DNA of 64,000 nt from a virus (taxonomy: Duplodnaviria; Heunggongvirae; Uroviricota; Caudoviricetes): positions 11,064 to 75,063 of IMG/VR virus record IMGVR_UViG_3300006226_001702; one strand, 5' to 3'. The notes under the pieces are model-generated. The model ran no database searches. It was not told the origin of the DNA and worked only from the letters and a program-made list of their open reading frames with translations. Shown in pieces: positions 29,497 through 38,800 of the stretch (position 1 is the stretch's first letter; each line of letters starts with the position of its first letter). A program made the position numbers and the translations under genes.

Positions 29497-30393
29497 TTAT
29501 GATTGTTGTTTTTCTTTCTTTAATATGTCAAGCTGCTCTTTTGTCATTATTTTGTTAGATCTAGCAAATCTAACACCCGCTTTATATGTAGTTGGGCAAT
29601 AATCAGGATGTCCGGCAAATGAGCACCAATTACAATGATATGCCATACTTGCATTTTGTTCTAAATCTAAATTGTCCCAGTCCTCATTTTCGGATGCTTT
29701 AATTAATGAAGTGTATTCACTAATCATATCTTTAACTTGATCTTCAGTAAAAATTAGCTGCTTAAAAGTTTTGAGCATAAACTTTCTAGTTGATTCAATA
29801 TCATCAACATCTTCATCTTTTAATCCAGCCATTGGAAAAAATGCATAAGTTTTAATTTTATCATATTTAGTTTTGAGCTTATTTTTAATCATATAAGCAT
29901 ACAACATTAATTGATTTTCATAACCATTTATTTTAGCAGTACTACCAGTTTTAAAGTCGATAATTACAGCTTCTTTTGTGACTTCATTAATCAATAATAA
30001 GTCCATTGCCCCAACTACTGATTTCTTATTTATTGCACTATATTCCCAAGACTCTTTAGTTACAGTAAAACCTTGCTCTTCGTATGGTTTAATTATTTCA
30101 TTCCAAAACAAATAAAACCTGGGAATTGCTTTAATGACTGGATATTTTTCTTGATCAAAATCATATCCTTCTAATATTGTTGCTGCATGATTTTTTAAGT
30201 CTTCTAAAGTTTTAGTTGAATCCATAAATTCAGCAATTTGGTGGAATGCTAAACCTTTTTCTTGAACATCAATATCTTTGCCAATTACTACCAATTGCCA
30301 AATGTAAGTTAACAGATACTTTGTTCTACAACTGTTGTAAGCTCCAAACCTAGATGCACTCCACCTGGGATTCTGTTTTTCAGATTTTAACAT
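29497..30393 (-). CDS. Cas4/RecB-like PD-(D/E)xK exonuclease with Fe-S cysteine cluster
   Basis: IIDFK (D/ExK), QLMLY (QxxxY), and one N-terminal Cys plus CNWCSFAGHPDYC. Confidence 0.65.
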   Translation of the reverse strand: MLKSEKQNPRWSASRFGAYNSCRTKYLLTYIWQLVVIGKDIDVQEKGLAFHQIAEFMDSTKTLEDLKNHAATILEGYDFDQEKYPVIKAIPRFYLFWNEIIKPYEEQGFTVTKESWEYSAINKKSVVGAMDLLLINEVTKEAVIIDFKTGSTAKINGYENQLMLYAYMIKNKLKTKYDKIKTYAFFPMAGLKDEDVDDIESTRKFMLKTFKQLIFTEDQVKDMISEYTSLIKASENEDWDNLDLEQNASMAYHCNWCSFAGHPDYCPTTYKAGVRFARSNKIMTKEQLDILKKEKQQS

Positions 30394-30401
30394 AAAATTC
30401 C

Positions 30402-30761
30402 TTAAGAGGGATAAGTTTCCTCATGATAATCAAATTTGTCTTCGGATATATTAACTTTAGTTTTGGCGTTTATTTCATCCCTAATTTGCTTCTTAAAGTC
30501 ACCCATAGTTTGGTCATCAGCACATTCTGATAGTGACTCACCAAAATAATAGCCGTCCCACATTTCACTTGGGCCATAATAAGACAAACCAATGGCTTCT
30601 ACTTTTTCCCAAATTTCATCTTCATCATAATCTTCATCGTCTGGGTCAGAAACACAATCAATGCCAAAGTGTTTGATAACTTCTTCTTCTTCGAGATAAA
30701 CACCATAAATTAAGAATGAAGAGCTGCTACTATTACTTACGAATCCATTTCTAATCTTCAT
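30402..30761 (-). CDS. MKIRxGFVSNSSSSSF-family protein (member 2)
   Basis: MKIRNGFVSNSSSSSFLIYG then acidic divergent body. Confidence 0.6.
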   Translation of the reverse strand: MKIRNGFVSNSSSSSFLIYGVYLEEEEVIKHFGIDCVSDPDDEDYDEDEIWEKVEAIGLSYYGPSEMWDGYYFGESLSECADDQTMGDFKKQIRDEINAKTKVNISEDKFDYHEETYPS

Positions 30762-30911
30762 GTTTCACTCTCCTGAAAACAATGACACATTTCATAATGC
30801 TCGCAAGTTTCTGCAAATCTGCGCAAATCACCACTAACATCTCCGCCATGAGGACAGAACGGAGTGTGTTCAACTCCTTCACAAGTTCCTTTACAATTTC
30901 CACATTCTTTC
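30758..30911 (-). CDS. small Cys/His-rich protein coupled to family member 2
   Basis: 50 aa, MKECGNCKGTCEGVEHTPFCPHGGDVSGDLRRFAETCEHYEMCHCFQESET; its stop overlaps the next ATG (ATGA). Confidence 0.35.
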
Positions 30912-30912
30912 A

Positions 30913-31419
30913 TTAGTTGTACTCCACTCTAATATGTGAGTCTGGGCTATAAAGCCAGTTTCTCAAAGTTTCAGCACTCTCAAAGATTTCCTTACCAAGA
31001 TTTTCTGCTGAATTATGACCGAAGAAACTATCAACATAAACACACATTGGGTCCATATAAGCATATTGTGTGCTTCCGTTATCCCATCTAAAGTTGATCT
31101 TGACATCATCAAATTCTTCAAAATCTTCCAGTAAAGTTTCTTCTAACAATGAAGTGTAATGAAAGTTTGACATATCAGAACCCTCAGGTCCTTCCTTCAT
31201 GTAACACAACATTGCAGCGGCATTCAATCTTTCTTCAAATGAGTTGTACTTTTCTTGAGTGCTATCAAATTCATAATTTCCGCCAAAAGTTTGGGGAATC
31301 ATTAGCGTATCATTTCTCATATAAGCACGATGTATCACTGGCTGTTTCCATTCTTCTTTTCCAATTATGAGAAAAGAGCTTGATGATGAATTACTGACAA
31401 ATCCATTTCTAATTTTCAT
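30913..31419 (-). CDS. MKIRxGFVSNSSSSSF-family protein (member 3)
   Basis: MKIRNGFVSNSSSSSFLIIG; body shares PxTFGG..F....Y..F..RLN segment with member at 49750..50478. Confidence 0.6.
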   Translation of the reverse strand: MKIRNGFVSNSSSSSFLIIGKEEWKQPVIHRAYMRNDTLMIPQTFGGNYEFDSTQEKYNSFEERLNAAAMLCYMKEGPEGSDMSNFHYTSLLEETLLEDFEEFDDVKINFRWDNGSTQYAYMDPMCVYVDSFFGHNSAENLGKEIFESAETLRNWLYSPDSHIRVEYN

Positions 31420-31484
31420 TTTATTTCCTCTTATATAGATAGATTAACTATGGCGGGAAAGTTTCCCTTCCCGCTCAAGTTAAG

Positions 31485-32486
31485 TTATCTATTACCAGAG
31501 TTTGGTACGTTAACTATACCACCCGCTGCTGTAAGCGGCAGATATTCAGTAACACGACGGCCATCCCAACGCTCTGCTTCAGTTTGCGCAATAGTTAAAT
31601 TACGCAACTGGATTTCAACATTCAAGTTCTGTGCAATAAGTCTGTTGGCTTCGTTACGAGCCTGAGCTGCAACTCTAACTGCTTCTGCATCAAGTTCTGC
31701 TGCTGCAAGTCTACCACGAGCTTCCGCTTCAACTGCTTGTGCCTGAGCTTCAGCACGGATTCTAGCCTGTTGTGCTTCCTGTTCAATCATTCTCAATTCT
31801 GCTTCTGCTCTCTGAGCTGACTGCTGCATTTCAACAGTTCGCTGTATCATCTGGTCATATCCTTCTGACCAATCCCAGTTGTTCAACTGCAACTGAGTTA
31901 TTTCAACAGGTATGCGAGCATTAATTAGCTGCCTCTGTGCTTGTTCTCTTGCCTCTGCTGATATTTTTTCCTGCTCTGGGACAATGTTTGCAATATCATA
32001 ACGGCCAACTACTTGGCGAATGGCTGAGTTTATTTCACGAGTTACTTGGTCAGTCAATCTTGATATACTACTAAAGTTTCTAGCAATATCTAAGATTCTC
32101 GTTTCATCATAACGCCATGCATAAAATCCGCCAATACCAATCGTCTGTCTGTCTCTTGAAAGAGCACCATCATCACCAACTGGTATGCGAACATTGACAG
32201 TTGTCGGTGTCAAGTCGTAAGTTTCAATCGTCTGAGCAATTGGAACTCTAAACTTCAGACCTGGTTCAAGCACCACTTCCTGTACTTCACCAAACGTTTT
32301 AAGAACACCGCGCTCAGTTGCGCCAATAGTTCTCAATGGCCATGCAACAATTAGGAAGATAATTGCAGCCACAATTCCAACAGTCAACTTGACAATATTG
32401 CCAACGTTAACTTCCGTCTCCGTGTACTCACCAGACCTACCTTGGCGAGTTACTTCTTTTGTGAAAAAGCTTTTCTTTTCACTCAT
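31485..32486 (-). CDS. SPFH/band-7 (prohibitin/HflKC-like) membrane protein
   Basis: TM helix then ERGVLKTFGEVQEVVLEPGLKFRVPIAQTIETYDL, then Ala/Gln/Glu-rich coiled coil. Confidence 0.65.
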   Translation of the reverse strand: MSEKKSFFTKEVTRQGRSGEYTETEVNVGNIVKLTVGIVAAIIFLIVAWPLRTIGATERGVLKTFGEVQEVVLEPGLKFRVPIAQTIETYDLTPTTVNVRIPVGDDGALSRDRQTIGIGGFYAWRYDETRILDIARNFSSISRLTDQVTREINSAIRQVVGRYDIANIVPEQEKISAEAREQAQRQLINARIPVEITQLQLNNWDWSEGYDQMIQRTVEMQQSAQRAEAELRMIEQEAQQARIRAEAQAQAVEAEARGRLAAAELDAEAVRVAAQARNEANRLIAQNLNVEIQLRNLTIAQTEAERWDGRRVTEYLPLTAAGGIVNVPNSGNR

Positions 32487-32722
32487 TCTTCGTTCTCCTT
32501 GAGAAATAGTTTGTTATATTCATTTTCAGTGAATAACTCAGATTCTTTGAGTTTAGCAGTTCGCCATTCTTCTTCACGACGACTTAATTCTGCTTTCTCT
32601 TCGTCAATAATAGCCCGTTTGATCATATCATCTAAAGTGAATGACTGTCCACCATAATGGCCGCCCATCATAGTTTGCATAATCGCATTAAAGTTTTCTA
32701 AAGTTGCTTTATTCTCGGGCAT
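32483..32722 (-). CDS. hypothetical protein
   Basis: 79-aa ORF, coupled. Confidence 0.4.
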   Translation of the reverse strand: MPENKATLENFNAIMQTMMGGHYGGQSFTLDDMIKRAIIDEEKAELSRREEEWRTAKLKESELFTENEYNKLFLKENEE

Positions 32723-32916
32723 ATCTTTTCAAATTCCTTTTCAGAAAATAGTTCAACCTCATTCTGTTTTTCTTCAAACATATCACCATGCTTTTCTAGC
32801 ATAGTTCCAACCCACTCTTCAAATGATGGCGGTTTTGGTTTTGGCACTTCAACTGAACCTTTGTAATATCTGTCAAGTTTATTCTCGAACAGTTTGTGTA
32901 GCCAATCTTGTGCCAT
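32698..32916 (-). CDS. hypothetical protein
   Basis: 72-aa ORF. Confidence 0.35.
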   Translation of the reverse strand: MAQDWLHKLFENKLDRYYKGSVEVPKPKPPSFEEWVGTMLEKHGDMFEEKQNEVELFSEKEFEKICPRIKQL

Positions 32917-33067
32917 TTAATTCCAACCATTCATCATCAGAAAATAAAAGTTCCTCTCTTCTTTCTTCTTTTCTTTTAGCATCATATCTCCTGGCAGCCT
33001 CAAAAAGAGCCTGCCATTCAGGAGTTGTTTTGTCAATTTCAAACATCAGTCGCCATTTTTTATGCAC
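32879..33067 (-). CDS. hypothetical protein
   Basis: 62-aa ORF. Confidence 0.3.
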   Translation of the reverse strand: MHKKWRLMFEIDKTTPEWQALFEAARRYDAKRKEERREELLFSDDEWLELNGTRLATQTVRE

Positions 33068-34356
33068 TTAAACACTGGGAAGCGAAGAGACTTAACACCA
33101 GCTGCATTTTGACTTTCCTCGAAATAAACTATTTCAGCAACTCTTCCTTTGAGATTGTTTCTGTTTTTCCAGAACTCATCTCTCTGTGCATCTGAAAAGC
33201 CGCTTCCGCATTTTACGATATTCCCTTTGTAACCAAGTTCAAAAGCTCCGAGGCGACCTTTGTGTCTGCCACGACCTTCTTGAAAACCAAGGATTTGCAA
33301 ATCAATATCAAAAAAGCTCTTCACTTTTGCACAAGCTATAGTGCGGTCCCATTCATAAAAACCATCCATGTCTTTTACGATGACGCCTTCCTTTTCGTTT
33401 TCCTTTGCCCACTCGAGGCCTTTTTCAATTTGACCAACATCATCACCGATGTAAAGACAAGGAAGGGGAAACAAGTAATCATATTTTGCAACACCGGGAC
33501 TTGAAGTTAAAGTTGCCTGGTATGCAGAATAACGCTCGCTGTATGTCATTGTGCATTTGCGATTTTCCCACTGCTTGAGCGGCATGTAATCATAAACGGC
33601 GAGACATACTTCCTTCGAACCACCTTTGCGAGTTGAATTGGAAACAAGTTTGTACTGCTGTTTGGAATCCATCTCCATAAAACCCACCGGCATCCTTTCA
33701 CCATCGAGCACAACATCTTGACCTTTATAAGCCTCAAGCACATCCTGTTCGATAAGCGGGAAGTTTCCAGTTTGGTCTTTTCCAGAGCGGGACAACACAG
33801 TAATTTTGTTTCCCTTTTTGAATATCGTCATTCGGAATCCGTCAAGCTTAACTTGATAACCGAACTTAGTTCCAACATAATAGTCGGGATTGGAAAAATA
33901 GTCAGCACAGAGCATCACTTCATGAATTGGAATAAAGTCATCACCAAAAACAGCGTTACAAGTTGTGCGGCCAATTCCCAGGCCCTTATCCCATGATTTT
34001 GAAGCAATGCGAAGAATTCCAATTTCAGTCTGTTCATCATATTGAGAAGCAAAGGCTTGGATAACTGCGGCATCAATATCACGCCCAGTGTTATTTTCAT
34101 TGAGGTACTCTAACATATCAATGAGGCCCCAATCTGCCCAGTCAATTGAATCAATGGCAGCAAGCTTAATCTGCTTTTGGAGCTTTCGTTCTTTGAGACC
34201 AGTTACTATGAGATTATCAAAATACCATTGAAGAGTGTGAATGAAAGCGCCGTCATCCTTGTACTTTCTGAGGACATCTTTCTTCGCATTCGTTCCTTGT
34301 GTGTTCTGAATTTCATAGAACATATCAATAACTTTTGAAGTGTGCTTATTTCCCAT
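33046..34356 (-). CDS. ATP-dependent DNA ligase
   Basis: Nucleotidyltransferase motif I KxDGxR: YQVKLDGFRMTIF. Confidence 0.75.
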   Translation of the reverse strand: MGNKHTSKVIDMFYEIQNTQGTNAKKDVLRKYKDDGAFIHTLQWYFDNLIVTGLKERKLQKQIKLAAIDSIDWADWGLIDMLEYLNENNTGRDIDAAVIQAFASQYDEQTEIGILRIASKSWDKGLGIGRTTCNAVFGDDFIPIHEVMLCADYFSNPDYYVGTKFGYQVKLDGFRMTIFKKGNKITVLSRSGKDQTGNFPLIEQDVLEAYKGQDVVLDGERMPVGFMEMDSKQQYKLVSNSTRKGGSKEVCLAVYDYMPLKQWENRKCTMTYSERYSAYQATLTSSPGVAKYDYLFPLPCLYIGDDVGQIEKGLEWAKENEKEGVIVKDMDGFYEWDRTIACAKVKSFFDIDLQILGFQEGRGRHKGRLGAFELGYKGNIVKCGSGFSDAQRDEFWKNRNNLKGRVAEIVYFEESQNAAGVKSLRFPVFKCIKNGD

Positions 34357-34368
34357 TTTAATCTCCCT

Positions 34369-34638
34369 TTATAAATTAACTCCGTAGCATTTCTTAGCTA
34401 CAGTTTTCGTTTTATTGTCAATGGGCCAAGTTTTAGCATCTTGGACCTTATCCATTGCATCATTCCAAGAGAGAGAATTACCCTCTTCTTTTGCAGCTCT
34501 GGTGAAATACCAAGCCAAATTGTTATCGGACATATATCCGCGTTGATTTAGAAAGACTGCAAGATTAGCCTGCAAAGCATCCTCCTCTGGGGTGTTCCGA
34601 TTTGATGAATTCAACGAGGTCAGTATCATCATCACCAC
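34369..34638 (-). CDS. hypothetical protein
   Basis: 89-aa ORF. Confidence 0.35.
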   Translation of the reverse strand: MVMMILTSLNSSNRNTPEEDALQANLAVFLNQRGYMSDNNLAWYFTRAAKEEGNSLSWNDAMDKVQDAKTWPIDNKTKTVAKKCYGVNL

Positions 34639-35026
34639 AATCAGAAAGCCTCATGTCAAGACGGGGAAATTGATCCAGATAACTGAAAATGAGCTCCTGA
34701 ATGGCATGATTCCGTTCAGCCAAGCCAAGACCTAAATCACGACCATAGTTGTAGAAAAGATCCTTAAACTTGGGTTCATCAATACAATCGTGAGCCCAAT
34801 GATACATATCAGTTGGAACCTTGAAGCCACAAAGACCAGAAGTGTTGCGTTCGCCATTCCGGAGATAACGGCGCCGATAAATGAAGTTACCAGAAGAGTA
34901 TCCTACATCAATTATTCCGTTTGACCACATTTGTCCAGTCATTCTGGAAGTTGTGACATTCCGAAAGCCCCACTTCGTGCAGAAGTCCACAGCAGACATT
35001 GTAGTTGGTTCCCATTCTGATCTCAT
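34565..35026 (-). CDS. hypothetical protein
   Basis: 153-aa ORF downstream of promoter copy 4. Confidence 0.45.
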   Translation of the reverse strand: MRSEWEPTTMSAVDFCTKWGFRNVTTSRMTGQMWSNGIIDVGYSSGNFIYRRRYLRNGERNTSGLCGFKVPTDMYHWAHDCIDEPKFKDLFYNYGRDLGLGLAERNHAIQELIFSYLDQFPRLDMRLSDCGDDDTDLVEFIKSEHPRGGCFAG

Positions 35027-35053
35027 ATTATCTCCCTTAATCTCGTTATAATG

Positions 35054-35083
35054 TTATATAAGATCGTTTAGAGAGCTGTTCAA
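35054..35083 (-). promoter_or_regulatory. sigma70-like promoter TTGAAC-N17-TATATA (copy 4)
   Basis: Minus-strand TTGAACagctctctaaacgatctTATATAAC. Confidence 0.5.
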
Positions 35084-35174
35084 AATCTTAGAATTGTCCA
35101 AAGTTAGTTAGAACTATGTTAGATATAAATATCTTGACCTATGAAAACTCTTTCATGTTTAAAGATAAATTTAG

Positions 35175-35786
35175 CTATGAAAGAAAAGCGGGTGGTCGAG
35201 CTAACTTTTCTAATAAGTTATTGTCTCGATCAAATTTTAAGTGTATGTATTTTCTGCTTGCTAAATAGTCTGCTAAATGTAACATTTGTTCATCGAATTC
35301 TTGTGGTGTGGGAGTATTACCTGATTTGTCTCTTGCTGCGTCCCATCTTCCCATGTGGCTTGCGCATAATCTTGCTTCTTCAGATAGACCAACTTCATCT
35401 AATTTGTCGGCTATATCTTTGGCATGATGTTTTGATGTATATTCACTTTCATCAGTTGCATATTTGTAAGCATCATGAGCAATTGCTGCAATTACGAGTG
35501 AGTCTTGATTTAGTTGTGGGAATGCATCACATATCGTCATTACGAATTTGACTACAGCTTTAGTGTGTCGTGATAGACCAAAATCTCCTTGTGAGTATTC
35601 TGGGTGGTATTTTCCAGTAGAAGAAGCTTGACCTGCAATATTTTTATATGCAGCTGTTCTCAAAACGTTCTCTAATTTTGCTCTTTTTTCTTTTGATTGA
35701 ATTAAGTCTAATTCTTTCATGTAAATTTTAACATTTGGTGACTCAAGCATGAGTGCTTCTTCATAGATTCTCTGGAACGTTTTCAT
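35175..35786 (-). CDS. HD-domain phosphohydrolase (paralog A)
   Basis: SSTGKYHPEY...LSRHTKAV...AAIAHDAYKY (H, HD, D metal ligands); N-terminal MKTFQRIY. Confidence 0.65.
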   Translation of the reverse strand: MKTFQRIYEEALMLESPNVKIYMKELDLIQSKEKRAKLENVLRTAAYKNIAGQASSTGKYHPEYSQGDFGLSRHTKAVVKFVMTICDAFPQLNQDSLVIAAIAHDAYKYATDESEYTSKHHAKDIADKLDEVGLSEEARLCASHMGRWDAARDKSGNTPTPQEFDEQMLHLADYLASRKYIHLKFDRDNNLLEKLARPPAFLS

Positions 35787-35813
35787 ATTAGTTAGTAGAC
35801 TTAACTAAATAAT

Positions 35814-38800
35814 ATGAACTTTTTAAATGAGCTCGTTTCACTATCTAGAGATGAAATGGTCGATGAATATAATAAGACTAATAGAGATCCCATAGAAAAT
35901 GTTAAATTTGATAAAAGGGCAGCAAGTAGTTTTTCAGCCTCAAGAAAAGCTACTAGACATAAAATAACGGATAAACTCTTTCCAGATGGTTTTAATGAGT
36001 TTGATTTGCATAGTGCAGGAATTGCTATTCAAAGATTGATGAACACTGGGGAATTTGACCCAGATTACGATATAAAAGATGATATTGAAAAACTAACTGG
36101 CGCAGATAGAGACTTAATTAAAGCAGTTTTAGTCAAATCACAATATCATATTGATAAAGAAAACGTTAAGGGAAGTGTTGAACGAAATTATCCACATCTT
36201 GACATATCACAATTTGATGATATTTACGAAGTCTTTACTGATATAATTGGCCCAAACCATGGTGATACATCTTTATATGGAATTGAAGCCGAAATTGAAT
36301 TGTTGACTTGCATTGCTTTAAGAAAGATGGGATATCATACATCAAATGTTTATGACAACTTTTATTCAGAAGCTAGTGAGGCTCAAATTAAGGAGACTTT
36401 AATTAAAGTGGCTAAAGCATATTATCAAAGCAAACAGCATAAATTAGAAGAAAGTTTCAAACTTAGAATTCAGAACTTGAGGGAAGGTAAAACTTCCACA
36501 ATGCATTTAGAAGATTCAATAATTCGTGGTCCAGCGACTATGAATAAAATGATTGAATTTTTTAATTATCTCTATGGATTATTAGAAGGAACTTATACTG
36601 GAGATAATCCACCAATTTCACAAAAGATTGATGGTGGTCCAGTTATCTTTATGTGGTCGTCATTCCCAGGTCTTCCAGGCCCAGGATGTGCGGGCAAAGG
36701 ACTCCTTAATAAGACTCCAGTTCATTACACAACTCATGAACAAATAGATGCTGATGACAAACCACAAGGTTATAAAGACAAATTACATTACGTTTTGAAA
36801 TTAGCACAAGCTGTTAAAATCCCAGCAAATCAAGTTTGGATGGGCGACATGCTCTTCTCAAAAGGTGACGCCAAAACTTATGAGCAAGACGGTGAGAAAT
36901 TCGTTTATGTTAAGCCTGTAACTATTGCGTATGCAGCTCCATTTGATTCAGATATTGGTAAGAAGTTTTTGAATTGTGAAGTTGGAGCTGTTTTTCATAC
37001 GAGATTTAGAGATAACTTAACTAACAAGACTAATGATATTTCAATTTCAGAATTGGGAGATATTCCAGATTGGGCATTCGTTAAAGATGCTCAAATAAAT
37101 AACTTAAGTGGTAAGGTATCATTCAATAAGCAAGAATCCGCTTTCGTAAAACGTGAGATTGATAAACTTAAAAAGCTTGTAAACGAGCTAAACAATAATG
37201 AAGCATATCATGAGTTAACTAAAAATCAGAAGTTTATTGACTCATACGTTACAACATTACAGAATAATAAGATTGATAGACAAAGTAAAATTGACCCAAA
37301 TGAATTCGTAAATGAATTAGTGAGTTGGATTGGCACTAAAATGGATAATAATAGATCCAAATTGGATAGCCTCAAAACAGAAGCAGGCCGAATTAAAAAG
37401 GCAGCCTCATTAGATACGACTCAAAAAGAGTTAAATTATCTCGTAACTAACAATAAAGATGTAATTCAAAAAATAGCAACTTGTCTCAAACTTGCAACTG
37501 ACATTAAAGAGTACATGGTTGAAAAGATAAACGAAGCAGATGAATGGATATCTCAAATAGAAACTAAAGACGGTTTTTCTAAAACTGGTGGGGAAGGTTT
37601 TATCGCATCAGATGTTGATGGTGATTTCGTTAAGCTTGTAGACAGAGCAGCATTCACTTATTTTGCTCGCTCACCTGACATCATCAAAGGCGGGGCACAT
37701 TCAGCTTCTCGTGAAAACACTGAGAAGAAAACTGCGGTAGTAAACTTTGGCAGACTTAATCCTGTTTCAATTGGCCACAGAAAAATGGCAGAAGCAATTA
37801 GAGCTAAAGCAGATGAACTTGGTGGTGAAGCATTCATCTATCTTTCTCATTCATATGATGGTGTTGACTCTAAGAAGTTCAAGAAAGGAACAACTAAGAA
37901 TCCGCTCAAGTATGAAGACAAGATAACTTTCGTACAGGATGCTATTGGTGATATTGTAACAGTTGTAAATAGCAAAGCAGACCAAGCATTTGCTGTTTAT
38001 GGTGAACTCTATCGAAAAGGATTTACTGACCTCGTTATAATTGCTGGTGAAGATAGAATTGAAGTCTTTGAAAGAGATGCTCAGAACCACAATGGAAAGT
38101 ATGATGCTGAACCAATGAGATGTTTTGATTTTGATAGCATTAAAGCGGTGAATGCTGGTGTTAGAGATGAAGATAGTGATGATGAAGCTGAGCAGGCAAG
38201 TGCATCATTGTTACGTAGAGCTGTTAGTGATAATGATTTTGAAACTTTTGAGAAGTTTGTTGGTGCAAAGTCATATGCTCAAGAAATGTTTGATCTTCTT
38301 AAGTATGAGATGGGTTTATCTGAAAAATTAAAAGAAAATGAAGAACTAACAATAGATGAACTCATAAATAGATTAGACAATGAAGATAATAATATTGAAA
38401 TAGAAATCGATGTGAATCCTGATCCAAATGAAGAAACAAATTTTAATATAATAGAAGAACCTGAAAATAAAAATGAAGTAAATGATTCTACTGAAAATAG
38501 AGAAAGTTCTCCAGAGGAAATTAGTAGTGAAATAAATTCAGCAATTGATTCCTATATGAATGAATCAATAAATATTTTTAATAAAATATTTTATAAAAGT
38601 TTAAAAGAAGAGACAAAAAGAGGAAAAACTTATACAGTAAAAGGTAAAGAAAATATAAAGAAAGTTTTATTTAATATAAAGAAAAGACACAAAGATTTAA
38701 CTTTTTATAATGCAAAGCATCTTGGTGGCGGTAAGTGGGAAATAAAAACATCATATGCTAAGAGTAGATCAAACTTAAGTAATCGTGAGATTGAATGGAA

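Noticed and set aside
28977-29558. 193-aa His-rich plus-strand ORF
   Set aside because: It is the antisense of the GAT/GAA-rich acidic gene 28117..29487; the complement of Asp/Glu codons yields His/Leu/Ile runs
35803-35816. Equating the AACTAAATAATATG element with a T4 late promoter outright
   Set aside because: The element abuts ATG, so a T4-like start site would fall inside or after the start codon; reported as a finding with both promoter and translation-signal interpretations left open
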